This document shows positions 40,440 through 53,771 of a stretch of DNA of 64,000 bases, in pieces. Source of the stretch: Octopus sinensis (lineage: Eukaryota); NCBI RefSeq assembly GCF_006345805.1, contig NC_042998.1:165044001-165108000 (forward strand), in the 5' to 3' direction. A model generated the notes under the pieces. That model had not been told where the DNA came from. It saw only the letters and a program-made list of their open reading frames with translations, and did not search any database. Position 1 is the first letter of the stretch. The number at the start of each line of letters is the position of its first letter. A program made the position numbers and the translations under genes.

Positions 40440-41520
40440 AACAACAAAGGCTATCACATACAACCGATAATTTTATTCAATAACAAACACAATACCACAC
40501 AACGTACAAAAGCACGGAATCATATATACGGAGTGCCTTATAACGCCCACAGCATGCATGACAAATATACTAAATAATACGAAACACTACAAGCGCCTTT
40601 GGACTATTCACAATTACTAAGTCTGACCGATAGGAGTTAAGCATCAACAACGGAGTAAAATCAATGCAAGAGATCTAAAATAGATTTTACTAGCCCTTCC
40701 ACCCAACAAATGTTTATAAAGTACAAAGAATAGAAAACACTGAATTATGCACTGCATCGTGATAGATTGTAACATCACTGCTTAGCGCTCCCACACCGTA
40801 ATTTGTTTACAGCGAGCCGCCGATTATAACTACTAACCGACGTACGACGGCTGGAATAGCATAAGAAAGATCGGCTTTCTCATCAGCTCGCAATGCCAGC
40901 GTCCGGTTTCTGTGGCTGCATAGGAGGTAACCACTCTGAAATGTTTGCATCTCACAGTCCGAATAGATTGCAAGCTGATTTAGGTGTATTTACACCATTC
41001 GTGTAGAGCGAGAAATTTTCTCCATGACAAAACACAGTGAATATCTTGTTCACGAGTTCGAACGTGCCACCTGCATATTCGAACTGGTAATGAAATCTAA
41101 TGATATTAATAATGCTGGCAATAGAAATAAGAACATTAGTAGAAGGTCGGCACTGAATAAAGTTTGTAACTTCAGAACCCCCAAAACCTGTCCGCATGCA
41201 GGATCATGTCTTTGATACAAAGTTGTGTATAAATGTATAGTGGAACGATAGATTTCAAAAGGAGGTACAGAGCCTATCTGATTCCTTTCCAAAACCTAAG
41301 TATAGGAATTCCACTACCTTAAGGTGAATAAAAAGCAAATAAGTAACAAGAATGTATAAGTACATTACGGCCGTTTCAAGCGGCTCCATTTAACCGCCCA
41401 ATACAAGCATTACATCAATTTGAAATACACCGCCTTCCTCGGATGCATAAGACCATATCGGTTTTCAACACACAGGATACTCAATTATAGATTTTTAAAC
41501 AAATCTTTTATCAACACTAG
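40440..41520 (+). mobile_element. Decayed Naiad-like PLE (thumb plus GIY-YIG region)
   Basis: KVCNFRTPKTCPHAGSCL*YKVVYKC at ~41160-41240, followed by DFKRRYR... Confidence 0.6.
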
Positions 41521-41822
41521 CGAATAAAAGAATTACATGCTTGTTGCTATTATTGTAGCAGAATGAACTGAGGGACAAAATACCCTAACTATAATTTGGA
41601 GCGGCATAAGAGAATACTGACAGCCAAAACTCGGGATCTTTAGTGAGACACAAACCTGTGTGTATAGATGTATTTGATGAGACCCAGACTGCAAAATTGA
41701 TGCAACACAACATATAGAAAGGAGTCCTACTCCTAAGGGACAGTATTAGGATGGTCGAAAAGACCGTTGTACAAAATAAAGATTAATGCCAAATCCCTCT
41801 TCTCGTTACTTATGAAATTATA

Positions 41823-41894
<72 letters not shown>

Positions 41895-42236
41895 GCATAT
41901 AAAAGATTCACATGCTACATTTAGTGAATGAGTGACTCAATACCAAGAGTAGAGTCTAAAATTTAATGTGAAGTTAGTTAACAGGGACTTCATAATACAT
42001 AAAACTTGCATACCTATATTTATATGTATATATATATATGTACACATATATATACACATATATATACATACATATATATATATATATATAATATATATAT
42101 ATATAATATATATATATATTATATATATATATATGTATATATATATACTTATATATATAGTATATATGTATATATATACATATACATATATATATTATAT
42201 ATATGTATGTATATCTATGTCTAAATATATGTATAT

Positions 42237-42283
<47 letters not shown>

Positions 42284-42306
42284 ATTATATATATATATAT
42301 ACATAC

Positions 42307-42357
<51 letters not shown>

Positions 42358-42467
42358 TGTACACATATATATACATACATACACACATATATATGTACGT
42401 ATGTATGTATATATGCATGTATGTATGTATGCATGTATGTATGCGTGTATTTGTGTGTGCGTGCACG

Positions 42468-43100
42468 TGGTACCGAGCATTTCGAAGGCAGTAACTAAAT
42501 TTCTTAATCCTTTGAATTGAAACTTCTCCCAAACATTTCTCAACTCACCAAAATCCATTACTGTCAAGTCTTTCAAAGAAACTGGCCAACCATTTCAAAT
42601 TTCTCACCCCAGTCTTTTGAATCAGTTGATATGTTAGCCTTGTTTGTACAGTATATCGCTAAGATGTCAAAACTTTTCAGATTAATTTACTCACTAGTTC
42701 ACAATTCTTATATAAAATCATTCACCAGGAACACTTACGGATTTTCACATCTAATCCTATGCATCCTCACAAGTTATATAAGGAAAAGAAACGTTTTATA
42801 AGTCTATATAGTCCCAATCATTCATCAAGACAGCTATCATGCTCGTTGCAATCAAGCAAGTCATCAAATCAACTTTCATCGTAGTTAAGCACCAGATACA
42901 CTATGGCTAATCAATAAGTTCTAGTGACCTACAATTAAACGGATTATTTAAGCCTTTACGTGATCATTCTGATTGCTAGAAATAGCTACCAAATCTCCTT
43001 AAACAAAATTGCGAATAATAGGAATCGTACAATATCGCATTCTAAAACCTCAGAATGCGGTATCTCTTATTATAAAAGGCGGATTTTATCTGCCTCCCTT
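42468..43100 (+). mobile_element. Heavily decayed PLE RT fragment
   Basis: [15 protein letters not shown] and FESVDMLALFV loosely match PLE RT motifs (..FDVxSLFT). Confidence 0.35.
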
Positions 43101-43399
43101 TGTAAGTTATAGAAATCTACAATATAGGATTTCTTCAATTACAATTTACCTAGCATTTTTAAGAGTAGAATGCATCGGGTCATGCCAGGTCCAGTTTTTA
43201 AAATTTAAACTCCAATTAAGCAAAATTTACAGAAAACTCACATTCTGGTGTGTATGTCAAATGTTTTTCTTAATGTGGTTTACAGCACACGCAAACGCAC
43301 ACACACACAAAGGGAGCGAATTGTTTCACTGACGCTATCACCCTTCTCCTCCTTTGTCTTTGCAAGTTTGCAGCTATTAAAGTGAAAACAGTGAATCCG

Positions 43400-44506
43400 A
43401 CAGCGATAAAGAAAACGAATTGGTACCTGAATGGAGTGAAAATTTAAAAACTGTTTCTTTCGGTGATTTTTCTGAAGAAATTGCACCAAGCCACAGACTT
43501 TCCCAGAAGAGTAAAGCCTTAGACTATTTCTATTTACTTTTTCGAATGAGCCCATTTGAAATCATTACGGCAGAAACGAAACGTTACGCTAAACGTAAAC
43601 AAAACGAAAGAAAGGATAGTTTGTTATTTCCCACAACCTTAAATGAAATTAAGGCCTATTTTGCCATAAATATTATTATGGGTATCAGAAAGTTACCCAG
43701 AATAACAAATTCTATCGTAAAATTTTGTTGTATACCCAATTGAATATTAGCTAATAACCCATTTTCTATAGCGATGTTTGAACAAAATTTTAATAATTTT
43801 ACAGAAAGTTACCCAGAATAACAAATTCTATCGTAAAATTTTGTTGTATACCCAATTGAATATTAGCTAATAACCCATTTTCTATAGCGATGTTTGAACA
43901 AAATTTTAATAATTTTACAGAAAGTTACCCAGAATAACAAATTCTATCGTAAAATTTTGTTGTATACCCAATTGAATATTAGCTAATAACCCATTTTCTA
44001 TAGCGATGTTTGAACAAAATTTTAATAATTTTACAGAAAGTTACCCAGAATAACAAATTCTATCGTAAAATTTTGTTGTATACCCAATTGAATATTAGCT
44101 AATAACCCATTTTCTATAGCGATGTTTGAACAAAATTTTAATACTTTTACAGAAAGTTACCCAGAATAACAAATTCTATCGTAAAATTTTGTTGTATACC
44201 CAATTGAATATTAGCTAATAACCCATTTTCTATAGCGATGTTTGAACAAAATTTTAATAATTTTATATATTGTTGAATTTACCTGTATCTACCTGCAATT
44301 AGAGTCACTTTGTGACAAAAATTATAGTATAGAATTGGTTGAGGACATTTCATTAAATTATCTTCCAAAGATCACATTAATATATTGATAAATAAAAAAG
44401 TTATAGTTGTTTAATGAAACCAGACTAAATTTATGATTACGTTAGAAATTAATTGAAACACATAAGGGGTGTATTTTGGTCAGAAATATAGTAACGAAAG
44501 GGTTAA
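43400..44506 (+). mobile_element. piggyBac remnant (transposase N-terminal fragment joined to 3' end)
   Basis: ORF 43420-43743 reads LDYFYLLF...FEIITAETKRYA...PTTLNEIKAYFAINIIMGIRKLPRI. The terminus is ...GTAACGAAAGGG followed by TTAA (44503-44506). Confidence 0.8.
43686..44265. repeat. Tandem array, 5 x 116 bp
   Basis: CAGAAAGTTACCCAG starts at 43686, 43802, 43918, 44034 and 44150; units near-identical. Confidence 0.95.
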
Positions 44507-44614
44507 GAAAAACCAAAAAATATTTTATTCTTTATAAATGTTGTATTCAAAATAACATTTTCTTATAAGAATGCGTATATAACAAAGTATGTGTATATAA
44601 CTACGTGGCTTATA

Positions 44615-45010
44615 TCTTTATATATAAGAGTGAAGTTGTGTGTCTGTCTCCTACGATTTAGATTCCTAACTACTCCCACATTTTGCGGTGCAGTGTAACC
44701 AAACCGGGTATCTTATAGTCGTGAGTCATATCGAGCCCTTCTGGGTATTAGCGCGCGTCTACGATGAGTCTACGATTTAAAAAAATTTACCATCATATTT
44801 TTCCATTTTAATGCATTTTTTTCGCTATTATATAAGGGAAGTAACTCTCTAAAAATATCTACGATGTGTCAACGATTTAAAAAGAAATTTACCTTAATTT
44901 TTTTTCCATTTTTAATGCATTTTTTTCCTATTTTTTGGCTATAACTCTCTAAAAATGCTTATATAGTTATTTCCCTTACAAACCCGAGCAACGCCGGGCG
45001 ATACTGCTAG
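44615..45010 (+). mobile_element. Non-autonomous Helitron
   Basis: Begins A|TCTTTATATATA and ends with hairpin CCCG-AGCAACGC-CGGG plus CTAG|T. No TSD; contains an internal ~110-bp duplication. Confidence 0.85.
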
Positions 45011-45946
45011 TAAGGAAATAAATGTACGAAGATGTTGGACGCCATATTGAATTTACGAACACTAAAAAATAGTATGATGCTACTTTACCGCACAATAGAA
45101 TAATTCTCTCGCACGTGAGATACTGGATCGATCTTAAAGAGGAAGAACTTGGTTAATGCATATTCACATAGTTCAATGCATCCTTACAGTGAACATAAGG
45201 AAAAGGAAACGGCGAGAATATGCTCAGTGCGAAAGAATTCGCAAATGAAAAGCCATATGTCAGTTTGCTGTCTGTCTGTCTGTATGTGTATGCGCGCGCG
45301 TGTGTGTAAGAATTTAGAAACTTCAAGAGAACATGAAATAATGTTGTGGAACGTTGGATCTTGAACTACATAACCTATATAGCAGCGTAAAGAAGTAGGA
45401 GGCTGTCCATGGGACACGAGGACAATATATATAAAAACCCACACCCACTTACATATACACACACACACACACACGCATATATATACACACGTACATGTAC
45501 ACATGCATATATATATATATATCACGTGATCACGTGACCGACCAGACCATCAGATGCTGTTACACATCGCTGGTCACAATGCGTTCGCATTGTTTTAGCC
45601 TTCGAATGACGCCACCCCGCTGGCTAAGCGAGCAGGCCAATATATATATATATATATAGGTGACTTAATATAGAATGATTGTCGTCATTTCTTTCTCTTT
45701 TGCCTGCGTTGTTTGCCTTTTAAGTGCTGTGGTTTTACTGGGATCTCCCTTTTAAGTAGAAAGAATAGCCATAACCCTTTGACTGCTATTTCTAAATTCG
45801 GTGTGTGGTGAGGCAAATCATTTCTAAACCCTTAATTACTTAGTATTACTTAAACGTTCCTTGAATGGGGCTTTTACATGCCGAAATCTACTTGGTGAAA
45901 TTGATGATTATTCCAAATTACTTAATTTCACCCTATATTATTATTG

Positions 45947-46019
<73 letters not shown>

Positions 46020-47149
46020 GTCCTTCATGTTACCCCTGCCTATAAAATTATCCCAATCAATTTTAAAATTTTAATTTACTTTTTAACTTTTCTTCCATAA
46101 TCACACTTTCCTACCACTTTTCTCTATGCTTTCCGTTTACATTTTTCAAAAATATTAACTTCCGAAACCCTCGCTCATTTCAAATATTCGCCTCAAACAT
46201 TCAAATTAACACCATTTAATTATTTGTTTAGAAGAACAAATATCCAGTACCAGTTACATTATATATAACATTTTATTTGATGCACCTGTATTTGAATGAG
46301 GTTGTAATTCCGAGCTCCCCCAAGCTTGAGTGCGCTGAAACGATGAATTAGTCGTTGGTTCGTCGTTCTGTGGGATGGTATCATAAGAAATAGCCAACCT
46401 ATTATTGAAGTGTGATTTAAACCAATCAACACATCCCGAAACTCAGAGATTTCGTGTGATTTGGATCCATTTATCCGTATGAAACTACTTGTATGTATGT
46501 ATGTATGTATGTATGTATGTATATCTATGTATTTATGTATATATATACATTACATACATATAAGAGTTGATGATCACTAAGTGTACATCGAATATGCTAG
46601 ATGTACACCCCTATATGGTCTGACCACTAAGAAAATAATTTTCTCAATAAAATTCAGCAAACGCCAAAACGTAAGCGAGCAAGACATGTTCTCTAACCGG
46701 CAGACTTCAATGCAGTAAATTATTTTATGCAGAGTTATTTCCGGTTTTTGTATGTATGTATGTATGTATGTATGTATGTATGTATGTATGTATGTATGTA
46801 TGTATGTATGTGTGTGTGTGTATGTGTGTGTGTGTGAATGTGTGTGTGTGTATGTGTGTGTGCATGTATGTATATGTTGCTTATATCAATTTTATGTATA
46901 CACGTTAGCGAATCGCTAGATCACCCATTAATTTGGATGATGCAAACATATATACTAATAGAGAAAGAAACCGAAAAAAGCCGAGATCGAGTGGGCTTAA
47001 CTGAAGAGACAATGGAAATTGCCGAAACTGACGTCAGTATTAAGAATTCTCGATCGGCTTTTTCCGGACGATTCAGGTCCCTGTTAGTGTATATGTTTTC
47101 ATTTATGTGCATTGACAACAATATTAGAGCATTTTAGTTCGTATTTCTA

Positions 47150-48890
47150 GCAATGTAGATTTCTTAACACCGTAGTCACATTTCGCGACTATTATAATTC
47201 TCCTTTTTGGTGGAACATTGCAGACTGGTGATTATATTAATTCGGAGATTAGTTAAGAATCTTTCTACAAGAATTTCTAGATTATCCGCTAATATAATTT
47301 TCATATCACATGCAACTTATTGTAATGCTGAGTATCGTGAAAAAATTCAATATATATAATAAGCAGACATACACAACACTGGTAATTCCTCCAATAGTAA
47401 TAAACCTTGTATGCCATCACAACGTCACGTTATGAGAACTCAATCAGATATAGAATACAAGCCAGGAAGAATTTGTCAAGACAATGAACCACCAACGAAA
47501 ACTCATAGACATACGTAGCATAATAATCCAACTGCTTGCAACACTGTAAATTGTTCCAATCCTGTACAACATACTCGATCAAATAAGCCTAACAACAGAT
47601 ATAGGAATCAGGATGTCCTCTGGCTCAATCCAATTTTCGGTTCGCATGTTTCAACCAAGATCGCTGGAAATTTTTTTGCCGCTTCGGACAAATGTCTTCC
47701 TAAATCGAATCGATATCATGCTATTTTCAATCGGCAGCTTATGCACCGGATAAACAATAGTAATATGCGACCAAGTTTCAATAATCCACCTGCTGAATCC
47801 AGGGAACATACGCACCTAAATAGCAACAAAGATGTAAACCGGAATGAAAAGCACTAACTACAGCCAAATTGTAATAGTGTAAATGCTTATAATATAGCTA
47901 ACACGGTAACACATCGGAGAATGGAGTCGGAACTGCCATACATGCAAGTAAATGCTCATGCAGAGAAAAATCAAATGCCCAATGATGAACCTGTGTATGA
48001 ATACAAATCTTGTATATAAATGTACCGTGCACACAAATGGAAGGCCGTATATTTACATTGGGCAAACAGCTGATTCATTTAAGAATCGTTATCGCAACCC
48101 TGTCACCTACTTTTAGAGAATCAATAAGAGACATTCAATATCTTAGGCCGATTTTGTATGGTGACTGAAGGAAGATAAAATTAAGTACAGCATAACTTGG
48201 TCCATAGTAAGGCACGTGAAACCATAAATATCATTTCCAGGAGATGCCGACTCTGGTTCGAGGAATCTCTGTCTAATCTGTGGACCAATGGGAAGATCAT
48301 TAATATAATTTCTTAAAGACTCTCAAAATGCCTACACGCATATAAATGTACTTTCGCACAATGCAGTGGGAATGAATTTGAGTAATTGTTAACATAATTT
48401 ACTTTAAGGTAGGGATTAATTAAGTTTAGTTTTAATCTCTGTTCTTATAAACACCAAGTAGCTATTTAACTCACTTTGTAATCGTGAGTGCACCAAACCA
48501 TAGGTGTGCACATGCTTACATTTTCACGCATGTTTGTATGAGCGAGTGTACACGCGGCATGCAGCTTGCGCGAAGGTGTTTATACATTTACATTTGTTAA
48601 CGGATATTTTAAATACTTTTCTCGCTGTATTGCGTGTTCGTTTCGTTTCGTTTTTGCGTCTACGATTTTATGTTTGATCTTCTATGTAAATGAAGATATT
48701 TCCTTCGTTTTGCTGCTTTTCTTTGTACGAAAAGAGAAGGCACATTGCGGAACTGTCATTCTAACAAGGTGCCTCTATTTATCACCCGATGGGACACATC
48801 TGCACCGCCGGATGCTCCTGAACCAGTTGTTAAGTGTCCCACTAGTGAGGAATCGATGCTAGGTGTGTCGAAACAATTGTCGTGATTGAT
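47150..48890 (+). mobile_element. Decayed Naiad-like PLE (thumb, linker, GIY-YIG, 3' region)
   Basis: VKNLSTRISRLSAN; RYRNQDVLWLNPIFGSHVSTKIA...IFNR; KCSCREKS(fs)CPMMNLCMNTNLVYKCTVHTNGRPYIYIGQTADSFKNRYRN; KYSITWSIV...RRCRLWFEE. Confidence 0.8.
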
Positions 48891-48941
48891 AAGAAATTCT
48901 CGTATACTCCATCTTCTGTCTTTAATTTATCACACATACTT

Positions 48942-48986
<45 letters not shown>

Positions 48987-48997
48987 ATATAATATAT

Positions 48998-49035
<38 letters not shown>

Positions 49036-49147
49036 CTGTGTCATGGGAGGGCCAGTAATCCAAGAAACAATAATACTAATTTCAACACACAAATTCACAT
49101 CAAGAATCTTGCAAACTAGATGCAACACGAAGATGTACATATATATA

Positions 49148-49294
49148 TGGTTCCGAGTTCAGTCCCACTTCATGGCACCCTGAGCAAATATTTTCTACTG
49201 TAGCCCCGGGCCGACCACAGCTTTGTGAGTGGATTTGGCTGACGGAAACTAGAAGACCGTCGTATATACATACATACATACATACATACATACA

Positions 49295-49374
<80 letters not shown>

Positions 49375-49696
49375 TTATTGAGCGAAAACACCTAAAGCTC
49401 CACGAGGCTCCGGCAGGGGGGGGTGATCCCTGCTGTACTCTTTCACCACAACTTTCTCTCACTCTTACTTCCTGTTTCTGTTGTACCTGTATTTCAAAGG
49501 GCCGGCCTTGTCACTCTCTGTGTCACGCTGAATATCCCCGAGAACTACGTTAAGGGTACACGTGTCTGTGGAGTGCTCAGCCACTTACACGTTAATTTCA
49601 CGAGCAGGCTGTTCCGTTGATCGGATCAACCGGAACCCTCGTCGTCGTGACCGACGGAGTGCTTCCATTCCATATATATATATATATATATATATA

Positions 49697-49728
<32 letters not shown>

Positions 49729-49935
49729 GTGTATCTTTGTGCTTGTCCTCCACCACCACTTGACGACCGATGTTGGTGTGTTTATGTCCCCATTACTTAG
49801 TGGTTCGGCGAAAGAGACCGATAGAATAGGTGCTCGACTTACCAAAGAAAAAATGAAGTACTGGGGTCGATTCATTCGACTAAAAATTCTTCAAAGCAGT
49901 TCCCCAGCATGCCCGCAGTCTAATGACTGAAAAAG
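49148..49935 (+). mobile_element. SINE family B interrupted in its microsatellite by a family D SINE (49372-49668)
   Basis: Family B 5' half at 49148-49262 and 3' half at 49730-49935. The insert carries AAAACACCTAAAGCTCCACGAGG and the GACGGAGTGC tail. Confidence 0.75.
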
Positions 49936-50053
49936 AAGATGTATATATGTAAGTGGCAACTTTTGAGGGAGCCTAACGAGAAAGGACGAAAAAGTATTGA
50001 AGTTATATAAAAACATAGAACCGATGCACTAATAAAATCAGAATGTGTGCGTG

Positions 50054-50102
<49 letters not shown>

Positions 50103-52021
50103 GTATGTAGGCGTGTTTTTGTATATTCGTGAGTCTATACCTTCGTGAATTAGCGTATTAACCCAATGTGTGCACATGTTAACTACATGAATGCGTAAGG
50201 TTTTCGAGGCAGAATGATCAGTTTGGGAAAAATGATTGCCAAATAATTTGCTAATATCATGTTTTTGTTCTATCCACAAATTCGTTGTCGCCATTTTTCT
50301 GACTCTGTTTTCATAGAAATTTGCTGAAGTGGAAAAAAAGAAAGGAAGACTAAAAGAAAAGAAGAAAGGTGGTTCGGATTAGGGCAAAAGAGGCAACAGA
50401 AAATATGTTACCAGCATCCATAAGAGCAAGGACAATAGCACTGACAGTAGCTGCCACCACAAAAATGAAGGACACTAATAACAAACGAACGAAGAGGCCC
50501 TCCGTATGCAGTCTCTGGACCTATTAAAAGTATCAGTCAAACAACCTTGAAATTATATACCCTACGGTTAGAAAAGAAAGATGACAATGGATAATAATTG
50601 ATATGTTATACCTGGGGAAAAGAAAGGATAGAAAGATAATAGATATGGCTGGAGCACATCTTTGATTAGGGCTGGAGAGTATCTTTGATTAAGTACTGTG
50701 GCTAAAAAAACACAGTAACAACAGCAACCACAATGAAACACACGCAAATATGAAAATAAGAAATATAAAGAATATATATAATAATTTCAAGTGAATAAAT
50801 ACAGCATTAATAACAAAGTCCACATCACTAATAAATATGATATCCATAACACAAATTAACGAGGGAGACTCGATGTGGCTACCTGATATATGCTAGAACT
50901 CCCCAATTCACAATTTACCGTCTTTAAAAATGGGTAAGAACATATAGGCGCAGGCGTAGCTGTGTGGTAAGAAGCTTGCTTTCCAATCACATGGTTCCAG
51001 GTTCAATCCCACTGCCTGGCATGGCATTTTGAGCAACTGTCTTCTACTGCAGCTTTGGGCCAACAAAAACCTTGTGAACGAATCTGGTGGAGGGAAACTG
51101 AAAGAAGCACTTCGTGTGTGTGTGTGTGTGTGTGTGTAGTTCAAATTTACAGAAAACAAAGGACGAAGACAGGTGAGGGAACAACAACCTAGTGTATTAG
51201 TTTAATGGTCAAGGAGAATGGAAAAACCTTTGACATTTCGAACCTACGCCTTTCGAGAGACGACAGGGAAAAATAAAGAAGGAAAAATCAGAGACAGAAA
51301 AATGTGTTGGGATTATGTGCCTTTACAACTTGACAACCGGTATTGGTATGTTTACCTCCTCATAACTCAGGAGGTCGGTAAAAGAGACCGATACAAAAGT
51401 ACCAAGCTTAAAAAGAAAAAGGATCAATTTTATTCTACTAAAAATTCTTCTAGGCGGTGCCCCAGCATGGCTGTTGTCTGATGACTGAAACAAGTAAAAG
51501 ATAAAAGATAAAAAGTTTAGACTATGTAGTCTTAGATATAATCAGCAGATAAACATGAATACATATTATGTATCAAAGAAGAATGTAGAAAATTGGTTGC
51601 ACCGTGTCAATGAAAATATCGTACGATGCATTGCCAACAAAAAGAATGCATAACAGCAGCAGCAGCAGCAGTAGTAGTAGTGGTGACGCATATGTCTAAC
51701 AGACAGAGTTGATGGAAACGTCGTGTGAGTTAGTAATAGCATATTTAAAAATGTGAAACGTTAATATGTTAAGTGGAAATAGTTATATAATTTAGCGGTG
51801 AGAAGAAAAGTATCAGAATGCGGGCATACTAGATCACTGCCTTAAAGAACCTTAGTCGAAGTCGAACGAATCGACCCTAGTACTTATTATTTTAAGATTG
51901 GCGCATATTCTATCAGTCGCTTGTGCCAAACCACTACATTACGGGAATGTAAACACATCAACACCAGATGTCTCACACAAAATCCATATGCACATCTTAT
52001 ATATATATATATATATATATA

Positions 52022-52236
52022 TAAAGTTAATCCAAACATGAAAACACAAAGAGAAAACACAAAAACGCGAGGACGGGGAACAAGTATAGTGTTGTTGGAC
52101 GCTCAGGAAAGGAAAGAAAGAAGGAGGATTTAACGTTTCGAGCGGAGCTCTTCGTCAGAAACATAGGAAAAGGAAAGATCCAAGGAAGGGAAGACGGAGG
52201 AAAAACAATTGCCAACGATACACACGCAGTCACATT

Positions 52237-52240
<4 letters not shown>
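52022..52240 (-). mobile_element. Short non-coding repeat carrying a hammerhead motif (52127-52163)
   Basis: TTT-CTGACGA-A-GAGC(TCC)GCTC-GAAA-CGT-T-AAA. Confidence 0.65.
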
Positions 52241-52272
<32 letters not shown>

Positions 52273-52360
52273 TACAGAGATGTACTTGTTTAGCAAGTGA
52301 CCTGATCTGAGATTGTGTGCCGAAACAAAAAAAAATTTCAGCGTGGAAGGTGTTTATAAA

Positions 52361-52543
52361 CCATTTAAAAACACGCAAAAACCGTTAGATTCACTTCAAC
52401 ATTTAAATCTAATTTGCCAATAGAGTTGCAGCACGGAATTTTGTCAGTGATCAGGTCACGGTCTCAAAGCAACGAAAATATTTCAGCAAATTAAATTTAA
52501 ATGCTGAAGTGAATCTAACGGTTTTTTATGTGTTTTTAAATGT
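52361..52543. repeat. ~57-bp inverted repeat (52361-52418 / 52487-52543)
   Basis: CATTTAAAAACAC..AAAAACCGTTAGATTCACTTCA and its reverse complement. Confidence 0.85.
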
Positions 52544-53033
52544 CTTATTTAATTTTTAGTAGAATGAAATTGATCCTTTTTCTTTTTAAGCTTGTTACTT
52601 GTGTATCGGTCTCTTTTACCGACCTCCTGAGTTATGAGGAGGTAAACATACCAATACCGGTTGTCAAGTTGTAAAGGCACATAATCCCAACACATTTTTC
52701 TGTCTCTGATTTTTCCTTCTTTATTTTTCCCACTCGTCTCTCGAAAGGCGTAGGTTCGAAATGTCAAAGGTTTTTCCATTCTCCTTGACCATTAAACTAA
52801 TACACTAGGTTGTTGTTCCCTCACCTGTCTTCGTCCTTTGTTTTCTGTAAATTTGAACTACACACACACACACACACGAAGTGCTTCTTTCAGTTTCCCT
52901 CCACCAGATTCGTTCACAAGGTTTTTGTTGGCCCAAAGCTGCAGTAGAAGACAGTTGCTCAAAATGCCATGCCAGGCAGTGGGATTGAACCTGGAACCAT
53001 GTGATTGGAAAGCAAGCTTCTTCCACGCTGCAA

Positions 53034-53039
<6 letters not shown>

Positions 53040-53069
<30 letters not shown>

Positions 53070-53730
53070 ACGGGCTTCTTTCAGTTTCCACCTGCCAAAT
53101 CCACCCACAAAGCTTTGATCGGTTGGAGACTATAATAGAAGATAAAGTTACACGCAGTGGGATGGAACCCGCAACCATGTTGAGCAGCAAAATACTCGCC
53201 ACAGAGCCACGCCTCATTTTTTGCAAACGAAGAAAAGGAACAACTACTTTTTTTATATCATTTGCATTATGAGTTCATCGACGAAGCCTAATATTCATTA
53301 AACTTGCCAAAGACGTGACGAAAGAAACATTAAGTGCGTTTGGGTACATGATACTGTACTGTATGGTGAAAAAGAAAACCCAGAATTGTTTGGAATATAA
53401 ATATTTTAGAGATGATATCAGCATAAAACAATAGATAAGTTAGTGTTAACATATTACATTCGTCACCGCATGATTATTTCTTGTTAAAATTTTGAGACTC
53501 CGTGCTTTATATGTTTATTATTACTAAAGGTATTGTTTGTCGTATGGAAGACGTCTCAGAATTATAATAATAATCTGCGAAGATTGTCTGAGAGATATTG
53601 CAGTATCATAGTTAAAGCTCCAGACACAAATAGGCTCCGCACGTAGACATATTTTGCACATAGTCTGTTGAACAAAACACAAGGAATAGAACTCAGTGCA
53701 CATACAGACACACACTGACACACACACACA

Positions 53731-53771
<41 letters not shown>

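Larger units (their letters stand above)
50968..53013. repeat. Local inverted duplication: arms 50968-51446 and 52551-53013
   Basis: Near-identical ORF pairs lie on opposite strands (MEKPLTFRTY..., MFSVNLNY...). The duplicated unit is a composite of SINE B halves and an inserted repeat. Confidence 0.9.

Noticed and set aside
43686-44265. CRISPR-like regular array
   Set aside because: Whole units are identical with no unique spacers; eukaryotic tandem repeat.
50410-50450. 39-nt minus-strand exon-like segment (YCQCYCPCSYGC in one frame)
   Set aside because: All three frames are open, which is typical of a decayed triplet repeat; no supporting context.
50645-50695. Two CTTTGAT TCF/LEF-like sites in a 24-bp tandem duplication
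   Set aside because: Appears derived from a SINE B tail fragment; the short motif is expected by chance.
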